Origin: a bacterium
GTDB lineage: Bacteria; Zhuqueibacterota; Zhuqueibacteria; Zhuqueibacterales; Zhuqueibacteraceae
NCBI GenBank assembly: GCA_044869275.1
Contig: JBIOXB010000255.1
Span: forward strand, 1-25,329
DNA length: 25,329 nucleotides
Direction: 5' to 3'
In this document: in pieces, positions 9,250-17,747 of the stretch
Position numbering within the stretch: position 1 is the stretch's first letter
Layout of the letters: the number at the start of each line of letters is the position of its first letter
Made by a program: the position numbers and the translations under genes
Notes under the pieces: generated by a model
Seen by the model: only the letters and a program-made list of their open reading frames with translations
Told to the model about the DNA's origin: nothing
The model's database searches: none

Positions 9250-9903
9250 ATGGATTTCGGCGCTCTCAGCCACAATGATCTGATCAAATTCATAGCGGCT
9301 CATCCGGACGATCGACAGGCCTGGGCGGAATTCGTCGCGCGCTTCAATTCTTTTATCTATGCCACCGTCTTTCGCGAGTGCAAAAAACACGGCCGGTTGT
9401 CCGCTGCCGTGACCATTGATGATTTGGTGCAAGAGGTCTATCTCAAGGTGTGCAAAAATCTCGAGCGTTACCGCGGGGAGTATGAGAATTCCATTTTGCT
9501 ATATCTCGGGATGATTGCGCTGAATACCGTCAAGAACTCCTATCGCCAGCAACATGCCGCGGGGCGCCCACAGGAAGAGAAACGCATTTCCCTCCACGAC
9601 GTGCATGCAGGTTTGCAGCGCGAACGGCCCATTCCCATGATTGAGCTTTTGCCCTCCAAGGATTGGGAGGAAGAGGAGCGTTTGGCCGGCTTGCTGGAGG
9701 AAGTTGAGTATTGCCTGCAAGAAATCTTGCGCAGGAGCAGGCACAGAGTGCGAGACGAGTTCATTTTCCACTATTATTTCGTTGGTGATCTGAGCGTCGA
9801 ACGGATCGCGGCTTATCCGGAAGTCCATTTGTCCCAGCAACGGGTTTTCGGCGTGCTGAAAAGTTTTAAGCAAAAGATTAAAGAATGCCTGGGAAGACTT
9901 TGA
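9250..9903 (+). CDS. ECF-type RNA polymerase sigma factor
   Basis: Region 2 (AWAEFVARF...DDLVQEVYLKV...LYLGMIALNTVKNSYR) and region 4 HTH (FIFHYYFVGDLSVERIAA...LSQQRVFGVLKSFKQKIK); 217 aa, no region 3. Confidence 0.9.
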   Translation: MDFGALSHNDLIKFIAAHPDDRQAWAEFVARFNSFIYATVFRECKKHGRLSAAVTIDDLVQEVYLKVCKNLERYRGEYENSILLYLGMIALNTVKNSYRQQHAAGRPQEEKRISLHDVHAGLQRERPIPMIELLPSKDWEEEERLAGLLEEVEYCLQEILRRSRHRVRDEFIFHYYFVGDLSVERIAAYPEVHLSQQRVFGVLKSFKQKIKECLGRL

Positions 9904-10107
9904 CGCGAAATTTGACTTTACGACACTGAGTCAATAGGCTCTCAAAGGTTGCGGCATTGCGTGGGCTAAAAGCCGGAGATGCTGGAAGGACTGCCCGGTA
10001 GATCCCAGTGCCGCAAACTGCCTATTTTGTTATGAGAGAAACTGGAACACTTGTTGTCTTTATAAAAAACGTGATCCAGTAAAACATTCGTAAGGGAAGC
10101 ATGAAGC

Positions 10108-11103
10108 ATGTCGATTGCAAACCAAGCCGACAACTACGGCGCGGGGAAGTCATTTTCGGGAGAGCATCCCGCGGAAACCGAATTGTTGCAATACTTGGAG
10201 GGCAATCTCGAAGCGCAGGAACGGGGCCGTATCGAAAAACATTTGGAGACATGCCCCTCGTGCTTGCAGGCTATTCTTGCCGTGCGGGAACAGGAAGCCC
10301 GTACCGTCGCGGCGCAGGAATTGGAAGAAGCACAAAAGCTGGCCGTTTGGACACCAGAGCAACATGTCGCGAAAATTCTGGAAACTCAAAAGAAAGAGCA
10401 TGAGAAAAATCGCGGCTCTAATGCGCCTTTTTTAGAAGGAAGGCCGCCTCGCCCAGTGACTGGACCCAAGCTTCCGGGTTACTGGCGGCCACTTGCGGCG
10501 GCAGCAGTTATAGTATTGGCATTGGTCGTCGGCTCTCGGGGCATGCGATATTATCAAAGGGATTACCAAATCGCCCAAGCCACTAAGCTGTTGAAAGAAC
10601 AACACCGCATTTTCATCAAAGATGCGCGTTTGTCGGGCGGTTATGCTTCTTCCGGCATTAGTATTTTGATGGGTGAAGCGGAGGAGCAGCATTATTTGAA
10701 ACAATCCCGAACCCGCCTCGAAAAAGCCATTGGCCACGGTGATGAGTCGATCCAAGCCAGGCAATTGCTGGCGCAAATCCTCATTATCGAAAAGGAATAC
10801 ACACGAGCAGATTCCATTCTACGCTCTTTGGCGCCTGTCGCGAGCCGTTCACCCGCGTTGCTGAACGATCTCGGCGTCTATTATTTTCAGCGGCAGGATT
10901 GGGCGAATGCAGAAAAATATTTTTTAGAGGCGGTCAAAGCCGATCCGAAGTTCCCCGAAGCGCGATATAACCTGGCATTGGTCAAACTGAAAACGGGTAC
11001 AGAAGAAGAAGCCACGGCGATTGTGGACGAATATCTGCAAATTGAAACCGACGAGAATTGGAAAAGGGCCGCACAGAGCCTAAAGGATGATCTAAGGAAA
11101 TGA
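10108..11103 (+). CDS. Anti-sigma factor: zf-HC2 (ZAS) domain + single TM helix + extracytoplasmic TPR region
   Basis: H19...H45-x3-C49-x2-C52 (HPAETELLQYLEGNL...IEKHLETCPSC), TM WRPLAAAAVIVLALVVG, TPRs (ALLNDLGVYY...EAVKADPKFPEARYNLAL); immediately downstream of the ECF sigma; RBS AAGGGA. Confidence 0.9.
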   Translation: MSIANQADNYGAGKSFSGEHPAETELLQYLEGNLEAQERGRIEKHLETCPSCLQAILAVREQEARTVAAQELEEAQKLAVWTPEQHVAKILETQKKEHEKNRGSNAPFLEGRPPRPVTGPKLPGYWRPLAAAAVIVLALVVGSRGMRYYQRDYQIAQATKLLKEQHRIFIKDARLSGGYASSGISILMGEAEEQHYLKQSRTRLEKAIGHGDESIQARQLLAQILIIEKEYTRADSILRSLAPVASRSPALLNDLGVYYFQRQDWANAEKYFLEAVKADPKFPEARYNLALVKLKTGTEEEATAIVDEYLQIETDENWKRAAQSLKDDLRK

Positions 11104-11254
11104 GTCGTGCGGTTTTGGGTGATGGCTCCCATGAAGAACTTTAGGAAATGATCCGAGCTCTTCCCTTCTGCATTGCAAAGGGTTGTGGCCATATGGCGGC
11201 AAACACTTAGTATTACGCGTCTCTTAAACTGTAATCACGACGAGGGAGGGAACA

Positions 11255-12940
11255 ATGATCAGCATAATATTGCTACTGATCGAATTGATCGGGACGATGT
11301 TTCGCCGGTTTCGGCTGCCGAGCGCCGATATTATCGAAATCCGCAGGATACCCGCCACCAAGTCATTGCGCGCTCATCTCTTTGGTTTGTCCCTCGGTTT
11401 TCTGCTTGCCAGTTTGAATTTGCTGTTCGATCTCGCGTTTTCGAACCTCGCCGCAAGCGCGCTCTTGCTGATCTGGTTCATGCTAACCACTTATTTCAGC
11501 AGCATCTTCTTCTTCTTTACCGTGCTGGCGTGTGCCGTAATGCAATGGTCAGCGTTTCCGCTGGGAGCCACGGAGTTCCTCATCATGAACGATCTGCATT
11601 GGTATGTGCTGGGTTACCTGTTCGGCGGAGCCCTGGCTTTGCTTTATAACGACCTCTTGTTTCTTTTCCTACATTTTATCGAGGGGAGAAGGTTTCCGCT
11701 GGTGTTCGCCTATCATCCGGGCCGGAACATCAATATCATCAAGTCTCCAATTTCCACCGAGGAAAGCGCTTTTGTCGTGTTACGGGACTCGGCCTCCGAT
11801 GCCGAGGAAATGAACAAGCAGCGTTTGTATCAATATCATTTGGCCGCACCGCCGCCCAGGCCATACACCATCGTCTTTGCGGCCAATCCGAGCGTTCGCC
11901 GACGTGGTGGAAATGAGAACGACACGAATGCCTATGATGATGATCCCATTCTTTCCGATCGCGATTTGTTCCTGCGCATGGTGGATCAAGCGTTGGAAAG
12001 CTTTGAAATGGATCCCGTCATCGGCCGTCCGGAAATCTGGAGTCGCGTGCGTGTGCTCACGGTTTTCAATCCCAATCTGACGAACGGGCCGGAGTATGGG
12101 TTGGTCGAGCCGTTTCTCGCCGATGAGGCGACGGAAAACAACAATATGATCGCGCCCCGAGCCGGAATGCACACCAATTTCAGAAACCTGTGGAGGGATT
12201 CACGACAAGCCGGCGACCCAGATTTTCCGGCAGACGAATTCGACGTCATTTTTGCAATGACGGCTTCGCCCACACAGACGCGATCGATGGCCGATTTCTC
12301 GGATTGGCGCGCGGTCGGAATGAATGAACGGCTTGACAATTTGCCGAAGATTAGACCGGGGGTACCTTTTGAATTCGATTTCAATCCTTGTCGCAAGAAT
12401 CCTCACGGCAACAAGAAGAACACGATTTTTCCCGTGCTCGATCCCAAGAACAAAAAACAAAACGAATTCAGGCAAGTCCACGACTACTATGCCACGGTTC
12501 CCGGACGCGTGGCCTTGAATGTCCTGAGCGCGCGTTACAAAACCTATACGCATGAATTTGCTCATGCCATGTCTTCATACTTTCACGGCACGATCGCGGA
12601 CGAATACACCGACTGCCTGGTGTTTGCAAATGTGGGCAGCGGCTTTATCTGCCCACAATTCGAGCACTTTTGGGCCAATCGCATCGACCGGAACGGCGAC
12701 GTCATGCGCTCGTCCACGCCGGTTCCGGTTCCCAAGGTGTTCGCAGAGTACAATTGCACGCGCTATCCTGCGGACATGAATCACCCCACAGCCGAAGAAA
12801 GTTGGGCCGGCTATTTTCCCGAAAAATTCGACCGGCATACGCATTGTACTATGGATCGCGAAATGGGACCTTATCGCTTTGATGAATTGATCAGCGCATT
12901 CATTTATGATCGCATGATGGCGAAAGCAAGCCGCCCTTGA
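11255..12940 (+). CDS. Polytopic membrane protein fused to putative M64-like zinc metallopeptidase domain
   Basis: Several hydrophobic helices in residues 1-140; THEFAHAMSSYFHGTIADEY (H433,E434,H437,D449) resembles the M64 HEFGH...GLADEY signature; C-terminal CTMD...F resembles M64 C-x-M...F; strong RBS GAGGGAGG. Confidence 0.7.
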   Translation: MISIILLLIELIGTMFRRFRLPSADIIEIRRIPATKSLRAHLFGLSLGFLLASLNLLFDLAFSNLAASALLLIWFMLTTYFSSIFFFFTVLACAVMQWSAFPLGATEFLIMNDLHWYVLGYLFGGALALLYNDLLFLFLHFIEGRRFPLVFAYHPGRNINIIKSPISTEESAFVVLRDSASDAEEMNKQRLYQYHLAAPPPRPYTIVFAANPSVRRRGGNENDTNAYDDDPILSDRDLFLRMVDQALESFEMDPVIGRPEIWSRVRVLTVFNPNLTNGPEYGLVEPFLADEATENNNMIAPRAGMHTNFRNLWRDSRQAGDPDFPADEFDVIFAMTASPTQTRSMADFSDWRAVGMNERLDNLPKIRPGVPFEFDFNPCRKNPHGNKKNTIFPVLDPKNKKQNEFRQVHDYYATVPGRVALNVLSARYKTYTHEFAHAMSSYFHGTIADEYTDCLVFANVGSGFICPQFEHFWANRIDRNGDVMRSSTPVPVPKVFAEYNCTRYPADMNHPTAEESWAGYFPEKFDRHTHCTMDREMGPYRFDELISAFIYDRMMAKASRP

Positions 12941-12995
12941 TGGAACTTTCACGAACAGTCCCTGGCCGCTCTCATGAAACCATGGAGATAAGTTT

Positions 12996-13472
12996 ATGAT
13001 GCCACTCCACCCCAATTTTCGAAAACTGCTATTGGTGAAGATTCGGAAGCTCAAGCGCAGTGATTTGGACAATTATGACAGCCTGCTGGCTTTGCGGCTG
13101 CAGGCAACACATCAAAAGAGCCTGATGGAGCCAAGGTCGGAATCACGTGCAGCCGTTGAAAAGCTGATCACTGAAACTACCAGAGCAGCGAATAGAGTGA
13201 TTTCTCCTTTTCGGCAGCAATTCGATGCATTGCATCTGTTATGGGCTTATCGGCGTCGATTGGCGCTGCGGCAAGGAAATCTATTGCAGATTCCAACCTC
13301 TTGGAAGAACTTGGGTGGGCTGGTCCTCGCTGCGATCGATCATTCGGGGGCACAATTTGCTTACTTTGGCTCGCTGCTGCTCCGTTGGATTAAGAGTCTT
13401 TTTCCCGTGCGTGCGCAAAAACGCGAGCCCGAAACGCATCAACCACAAAAAAACGGGAAGATCCGCCAGTAG
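12996..13472 (+). CDS. Hypothetical protein (158 aa, basic, predicted helical)
   Basis: RBS GGAGA upstream; fills the gap between the peptidase and CHAT genes and ends 5 bp before the CHAT start; no family recognised. Confidence 0.7.
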   Translation: MMPLHPNFRKLLLVKIRKLKRSDLDNYDSLLALRLQATHQKSLMEPRSESRAAVEKLITETTRAANRVISPFRQQFDALHLLWAYRRRLALRQGNLLQIPTSWKNLGGLVLAAIDHSGAQFAYFGSLLLRWIKSLFPVRAQKREPETHQPQKNGKIRQ

Positions 13473-13477
13473 CTGTT

Positions 13478-16400
13478 ATGAAGATTAACAAGAAGACAAT
13501 TCTTGCTGGGCTTGTTTTGTTTGCCCTGCTCACGGCCTTAGCAGTGTGGTGGCGGACAATAGAGAAGCCCACGCTGGTCGATTTGCAGAAGCGCTATCTC
13601 TTCGCCCGCACCGAAGCAGAGCGCGAAGGTGTGGTCGATCAATTGGAGCAATATTATATAAACCTTCCGGTTCCGGATTCAATCAGCCGCAATGTTGACA
13701 AAGCCGTGCAAGCCGCTTTGGACACCACAAAAATCGACCCCGCCAATCTCACTTTGGATCAAACAGAAGCGAATGTTTATGTACTCGAAGGGCAACTCAC
13801 TGCCGCGTTGAAAACCGCAATGATTGCACGAGCGCGGAGAGATGATTTGGCATTCGAAGAAATTATGAATCGCTTGCGTGAGACGGCCAAGATTGTGGAC
13901 GAAGGCCTGCAGTCAGATTATTGGAGTAACTTCATTGCTAGAATGGCGCAATTCAACCGAGAAGAAGCTGTTTCATCGCTAAAGGCTGAAAGGGCAGAGA
14001 AGCTTTGTCACTTTGACAATACGGGCGGCCGGTTTCTCATTGCAGAAAAGTATGGCGCGCTGAGTTTGAAGTATTTACAACAGGCTGAGGATACACGGCT
14101 GCGCTTGACGCTCATCCAACGTTTTCAAATTATTCTCAACCACTACTACGGCTTGAATGATTTATCCATCGCTCTGGCAAATCGCTATTTGGCGAAGGCG
14201 CATCGCATACGATATCATCTACGCGCTCTCGGCTTAGCCTTCAATGAAGGTGGATCGCTCCAAGACAACGGAGAAATCGCGCAGGCATTAGAAATTTTTC
14301 AACGAATCATAAGTTCGGCGGAACAATACCAGGCCGTGCCCAATATATCGTGGTACAAAATCAATGCGCTAATACTAGCCGCCACTGCATATTGGCAATT
14401 GGGAATGTATAAAGAGACCTTGGCATACTGCCAGAAAGCAGAGCAATTGGAATTATCAAGTATTGAAAAAACTGAGTTGCATGCCATTCGCGGCTTAGTG
14501 CAAAGGCGGCTGGGAAATTACCAGGAAGCAGAAACCGAATATCGATTGGCATTACGATTAACGCAATCAGATACTGTGAATCTGATCCGAATTTTAGGCA
14601 ACATTGGACTTATGTATTATGAGCTAACCGAATATGATCAGGCATTGGAATACTGCCAGCGAGCGCTCGATATTTTACAGCGATTTTCCCCCAAACATTA
14701 TGAAAGAAAAAGCAACCTCTTGATCGATATCGCTAAAATAATGGCAAAAAAGGGCCGTTACTTTACAGTGGATTCGTTGCTCCGCGAAGCGGCGAAACTG
14801 ATCGAAAAAGCTGCTGATCTGCCGCGGCGACACGCCGACTTGTTGTTCACCACCGGTAGATTCAGTTCGGATATCAATAAGAATCAACAGGCACTCATCT
14901 ATATCCAGAAAGCCGACTCAATTTGCGAAAAGCATGGGCTCGTGAGATTGGGTTTGGATATTAAACTCGATTATGCAAGAATTCTAGCCCAACTCGGACA
15001 ATTTTCAAATGCTCGCCAACAGCTCGAAGAAGTATTAAGGACAGCGCAACAACTTGATGAAAAGGAAAAAGCAATTGACGCAAGTGCAATGTCTGCTAAA
15101 ATCGAGGCACAGCAAGGGCGCAGTGACAACGCGGCAAGAATCTCTGAGATTGTGATTCAAGATATTGAAGAATTAAGTTCCCGATTCGACAGCCCCGAGC
15201 GTTTGGCGGCTTATCGCCAAAAAATCTACGACTATCTAAAGGAAGCTGTCATTTATGAAATTAGCAACAAGCGCTTCGTCTCGGCTTTTCAAAAGCTGGA
15301 TCATGCCAAAGCTGCCACATTAAAAATGCGCAATCACATTAGCGACAGTGCGAATGGCGAACCGTCAAGTTCTTCGCACGCAGTCGCTCTAAACGACCTA
15401 CAAAATCACCTAGATGAACGCAGCTTGGTAATTGATTTCTTACTCATGCCGGATACGCTCTATGCTTTTGTTTTGAATCGTGGCGGCCTGCAGCTTTTCA
15501 GAAAAGAATTGAGTATAGAGAATTTAAAATCGACCGTATACGCTTACCGAGATTCTATCAATAATACCATTGCAGTGTTTCGAGATGGTTATAATGCCCA
15601 TGCGATCGACGCTCATTTCGAAGGGACAACACAATTGGGTCGAAAGCTGTATCAAGATCTGTTCGGGTGGCCGGAACTAAATGCCTGCTTACAAGGCAGT
15701 AATTCAGTTTATATCATTCCTGATGAATTTCTCTACGACGTGCCTTTTGCAACCTTGGTCTTGGATCAGCCGGATTCGACAGTTTTTCTAATAGAGAAAG
15801 TCGCACTTATGAACTTGCCCAGCGCCTCACTCTTGCAAGGGCATGATGCCAATGATCTTGCCTTCGGAGTCGAGTACAAAGAGCTGATGGTAAGCGCTGA
15901 TACTCGAATTCCAGAAGCGCGGGAGTTCGTAACAGAGATCAAGCATCAATTCCCTTTAGCGGAAGTATTGCAAACCGATCGGGAAGTCATTGAAAAAAAT
16001 CATGTGTTGACTGCCATGAATCAGAGCCATGGAATATACATCTTCTCCGGTCACAGTGTTGCAAACGTCGTTGACCCCGATCTTTCTTTCATCGAAATCT
16101 ACGTAGCGAAGGCGGCGTCCCAAACTGCCCAGACCATTCAAATGCAGTGGGCCGATCTGAAATCGCTCGATTGGTCAAAGGCGGAATTGGTGCTGTTATT
16201 GGGATGTCAAACCGCGGCCGGAAAGCTCTATCGCGGCAGCGGCATCTCCGGTCTGCAACAAGGTTTTCTGTCGATGGGGGCAAAACGCGTGGTGGCTAGT
16301 TTGTGGCGCATCGATGCCGCCCAATCCCTGCCTCAGGCGCAAAGCTTTTTGCAATCTTGGGTTCGGTTGGGATATCCGGCATGGGCCATGAGAGAGATGC

Positions 16401-16498
16401 AACTACAGTCGATTCGAAGATTGCGGCAACACAGCTATTTTAGAAAACCTCACCCTTACTTTTGGGGCAGCTATATTCTCACTGTCAAAACAATTTGA
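13478..16498 (+). CDS. TPR-CHAT (caspase/HetF-like) cysteine protease with N-terminal signal/anchor
   Basis: N-terminal MKINKKTILAGLVLFALLTALAVWWR; multiple TPRs (ILGNIGLMYYELTEYDQALEYCQRAL); CHAT motifs IIPDEFLYDVPFATL, FSGH859S, LVLLLGC910QT, GFLSMGAKRVVASLWRID, HPYFWGSY. Confidence 0.95.
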   Translation: MKINKKTILAGLVLFALLTALAVWWRTIEKPTLVDLQKRYLFARTEAEREGVVDQLEQYYINLPVPDSISRNVDKAVQAALDTTKIDPANLTLDQTEANVYVLEGQLTAALKTAMIARARRDDLAFEEIMNRLRETAKIVDEGLQSDYWSNFIARMAQFNREEAVSSLKAERAEKLCHFDNTGGRFLIAEKYGALSLKYLQQAEDTRLRLTLIQRFQIILNHYYGLNDLSIALANRYLAKAHRIRYHLRALGLAFNEGGSLQDNGEIAQALEIFQRIISSAEQYQAVPNISWYKINALILAATAYWQLGMYKETLAYCQKAEQLELSSIEKTELHAIRGLVQRRLGNYQEAETEYRLALRLTQSDTVNLIRILGNIGLMYYELTEYDQALEYCQRALDILQRFSPKHYERKSNLLIDIAKIMAKKGRYFTVDSLLREAAKLIEKAADLPRRHADLLFTTGRFSSDINKNQQALIYIQKADSICEKHGLVRLGLDIKLDYARILAQLGQFSNARQQLEEVLRTAQQLDEKEKAIDASAMSAKIEAQQGRSDNAARISEIVIQDIEELSSRFDSPERLAAYRQKIYDYLKEAVIYEISNKRFVSAFQKLDHAKAATLKMRNHISDSANGEPSSSSHAVALNDLQNHLDERSLVIDFLLMPDTLYAFVLNRGGLQLFRKELSIENLKSTVYAYRDSINNTIAVFRDGYNAHAIDAHFEGTTQLGRKLYQDLFGWPELNACLQGSNSVYIIPDEFLYDVPFATLVLDQPDSTVFLIEKVALMNLPSASLLQGHDANDLAFGVEYKELMVSADTRIPEAREFVTEIKHQFPLAEVLQTDREVIEKNHVLTAMNQSHGIYIFSGHSVANVVDPDLSFIEIYVAKAASQTAQTIQMQWADLKSLDWSKAELVLLLGCQTAAGKLYRGSGISGLQQGFLSMGAKRVVASLWRIDAAQSLPQAQSFLQSWVRLGYPAWAMREMQLQSIRRLRQHSYFRKPHPYFWGSYILTVKTI

Positions 16499-16521
16499 GA
16501 GGGTATAATTCAGGAGATAAC

Positions 16522-16872
16522 ATGCAAGGTCGCGTATTTATCGCCGCAGAAGAGTCTACGCCGAAGCCCGGCGGTGGTCAGCCAGAAGATGAACCAGGGT
16601 TCGCACGCGTTGCGCTGCGCTCGCAAGGTCTATTAACGCTGGCCTTCGGCTTCGCGCTGGGTCTGGCTTTTATGCTGCTTTTCGTTCTAGTCCGAGAAAT
16701 GGGCACGCCGACACCGGCCGGTATAGTGGCCACTTTCGTGGCGCAAATCAATCCTAATCTGTGGCTGAGCTTTCTCGCCGGTTTCCTGAGCGGTACGCTG
16801 TTGGCAGCGGTATACAACCTGCTCGTCGTGCGGCGCATCAATCTCTTCGGCCTGGAAAGCAGCGCGGATTAA
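16522..16872 (+). CDS. Small membrane protein (116 aa, two TM helices)
   Basis: ATG 16522 with RBS AGGAGA; TM1 LLTLAFGFALGLAFMLLFVLV, TM2 LWLSFLAGFLSGTLLAAVYNLLVV. Confidence 0.8.
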   Translation: MQGRVFIAAEESTPKPGGGQPEDEPGFARVALRSQGLLTLAFGFALGLAFMLLFVLVREMGTPTPAGIVATFVAQINPNLWLSFLAGFLSGTLLAAVYNLLVVRRINLFGLESSAD

Positions 16873-16874
16873 CG

Positions 16875-16901
16875 AAAAATGCCCGCCAAATGAGCGGGCA
16901 T
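16875..16901 (-). terminator. Intrinsic terminator hairpin between convergent genes
   Basis: ATGCCCGC-caaatga-GCGGGCAT (16879-16901), followed on the minus strand by a U-tract (A-run at 16875-16879); downstream of the FecR gene. Confidence 0.7.
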
Positions 16902-16951
16902 GCGAATATGAGAACGGGTTGCTTGCAGGCAATAAATTCTGCAGTCGAAGA

Positions 16952-17710
16952 TTAGCGCTGCACTCCCCGGTCGCGGGTGAGATTCCACTGCACCCAATCG
17001 TCCTGCTGCTGCAACGCGGTATTGATGGGCGTTTGCGCGTAGCGGCCGTCGTTGCGGATCTCCATTTGATACCCTTCCACCAGGCGCACCCACTGTTCGA
17101 GCGTGACTTGATAGGGTCCAGGCACGCGTGTGGGACCGGGCACTTGTTGGGGCGCACCGGGCCGCGGCGCTTGTTGTTGCAGCTTGTCGCGCAAACTCGT
17201 GGTCGGGCCGACATCAACCTGGCCGTCATAAACCGCCACGCGCGTGGTGCTGTCCGCGGCAATGCTATAAATCGTGCCGCGAATCGCACACACGGCGGTG
17301 GGCGATTTGATTTCAAATTTTTCCTTGGTGCCGAACAGGCTCAAAATGTTCGCCCAAATTTTCCCGTATGAAACCGAAGCATTGAACTGCCGGGCGTCTT
17401 TAGCAGCGCGCGAGGTCTCGAAATCAAACATAGATTTCTCGCCGATGCGAATCAGGCTGCCGTCGCTCAATTTGATCTCGCAGCGCGACTCCGTCTGGGT
17501 TTGGATTTTGTCGCCCTCGCGCACAGGCATTTGCAAAGCCGCGGGGCTCCACTCGTTGCCAGCCGTATGCTGCACGCGCACTTCGCCGGCTTTGCCCAGG
17601 AGAAAATTGATCTTTCCCAAAGCCGGGGGATAGGGTGAATAGGTCGAGCTGAGATGAATGCTCCCCAACAACATGATGCCAAACAAAGTTGCTGCTTTGG
17701 AAACTGTCAT
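16952..17710 (-). CDS. FecR domain-containing exported protein
   Basis: Signal peptide; GDKIQT...SRCEIKLSDGSLIRIGEKS, FEIKSPTAVCAIRGT, VAVYDGQVDV are FecR-domain motifs. Confidence 0.88.
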   Translation of the reverse strand: MTVSKAATLFGIMLLGSIHLSSTYSPYPPALGKINFLLGKAGEVRVQHTAGNEWSPAALQMPVREGDKIQTQTESRCEIKLSDGSLIRIGEKSMFDFETSRAAKDARQFNASVSYGKIWANILSLFGTKEKFEIKSPTAVCAIRGTIYSIAADSTTRVAVYDGQVDVGPTTSLRDKLQQQAPRPGAPQQVPGPTRVPGPYQVTLEQWVRLVEGYQMEIRNDGRYAQTPINTALQQQDDWVQWNLTRDRGVQR

Positions 17711-17747
17711 GAAATTGACTCTTTATTTACTCAAACCTATCTTCTCC

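Noticed and set aside
10037..11225. Shared ECF promoter motif upstream of the anti-sigma and peptidase genes (AAAC...GTCT; AACACTT)
   Set aside because: Matches are short and the spacers (13-14 bp) are inconsistent or too short; could be chance.
9250..16872. Type III-E CRISPR-Craspase locus
   Set aside because: No Cas7-11 gene, other cas gene or CRISPR array in the window; only the CHAT-plus-sigma logic is analogous.
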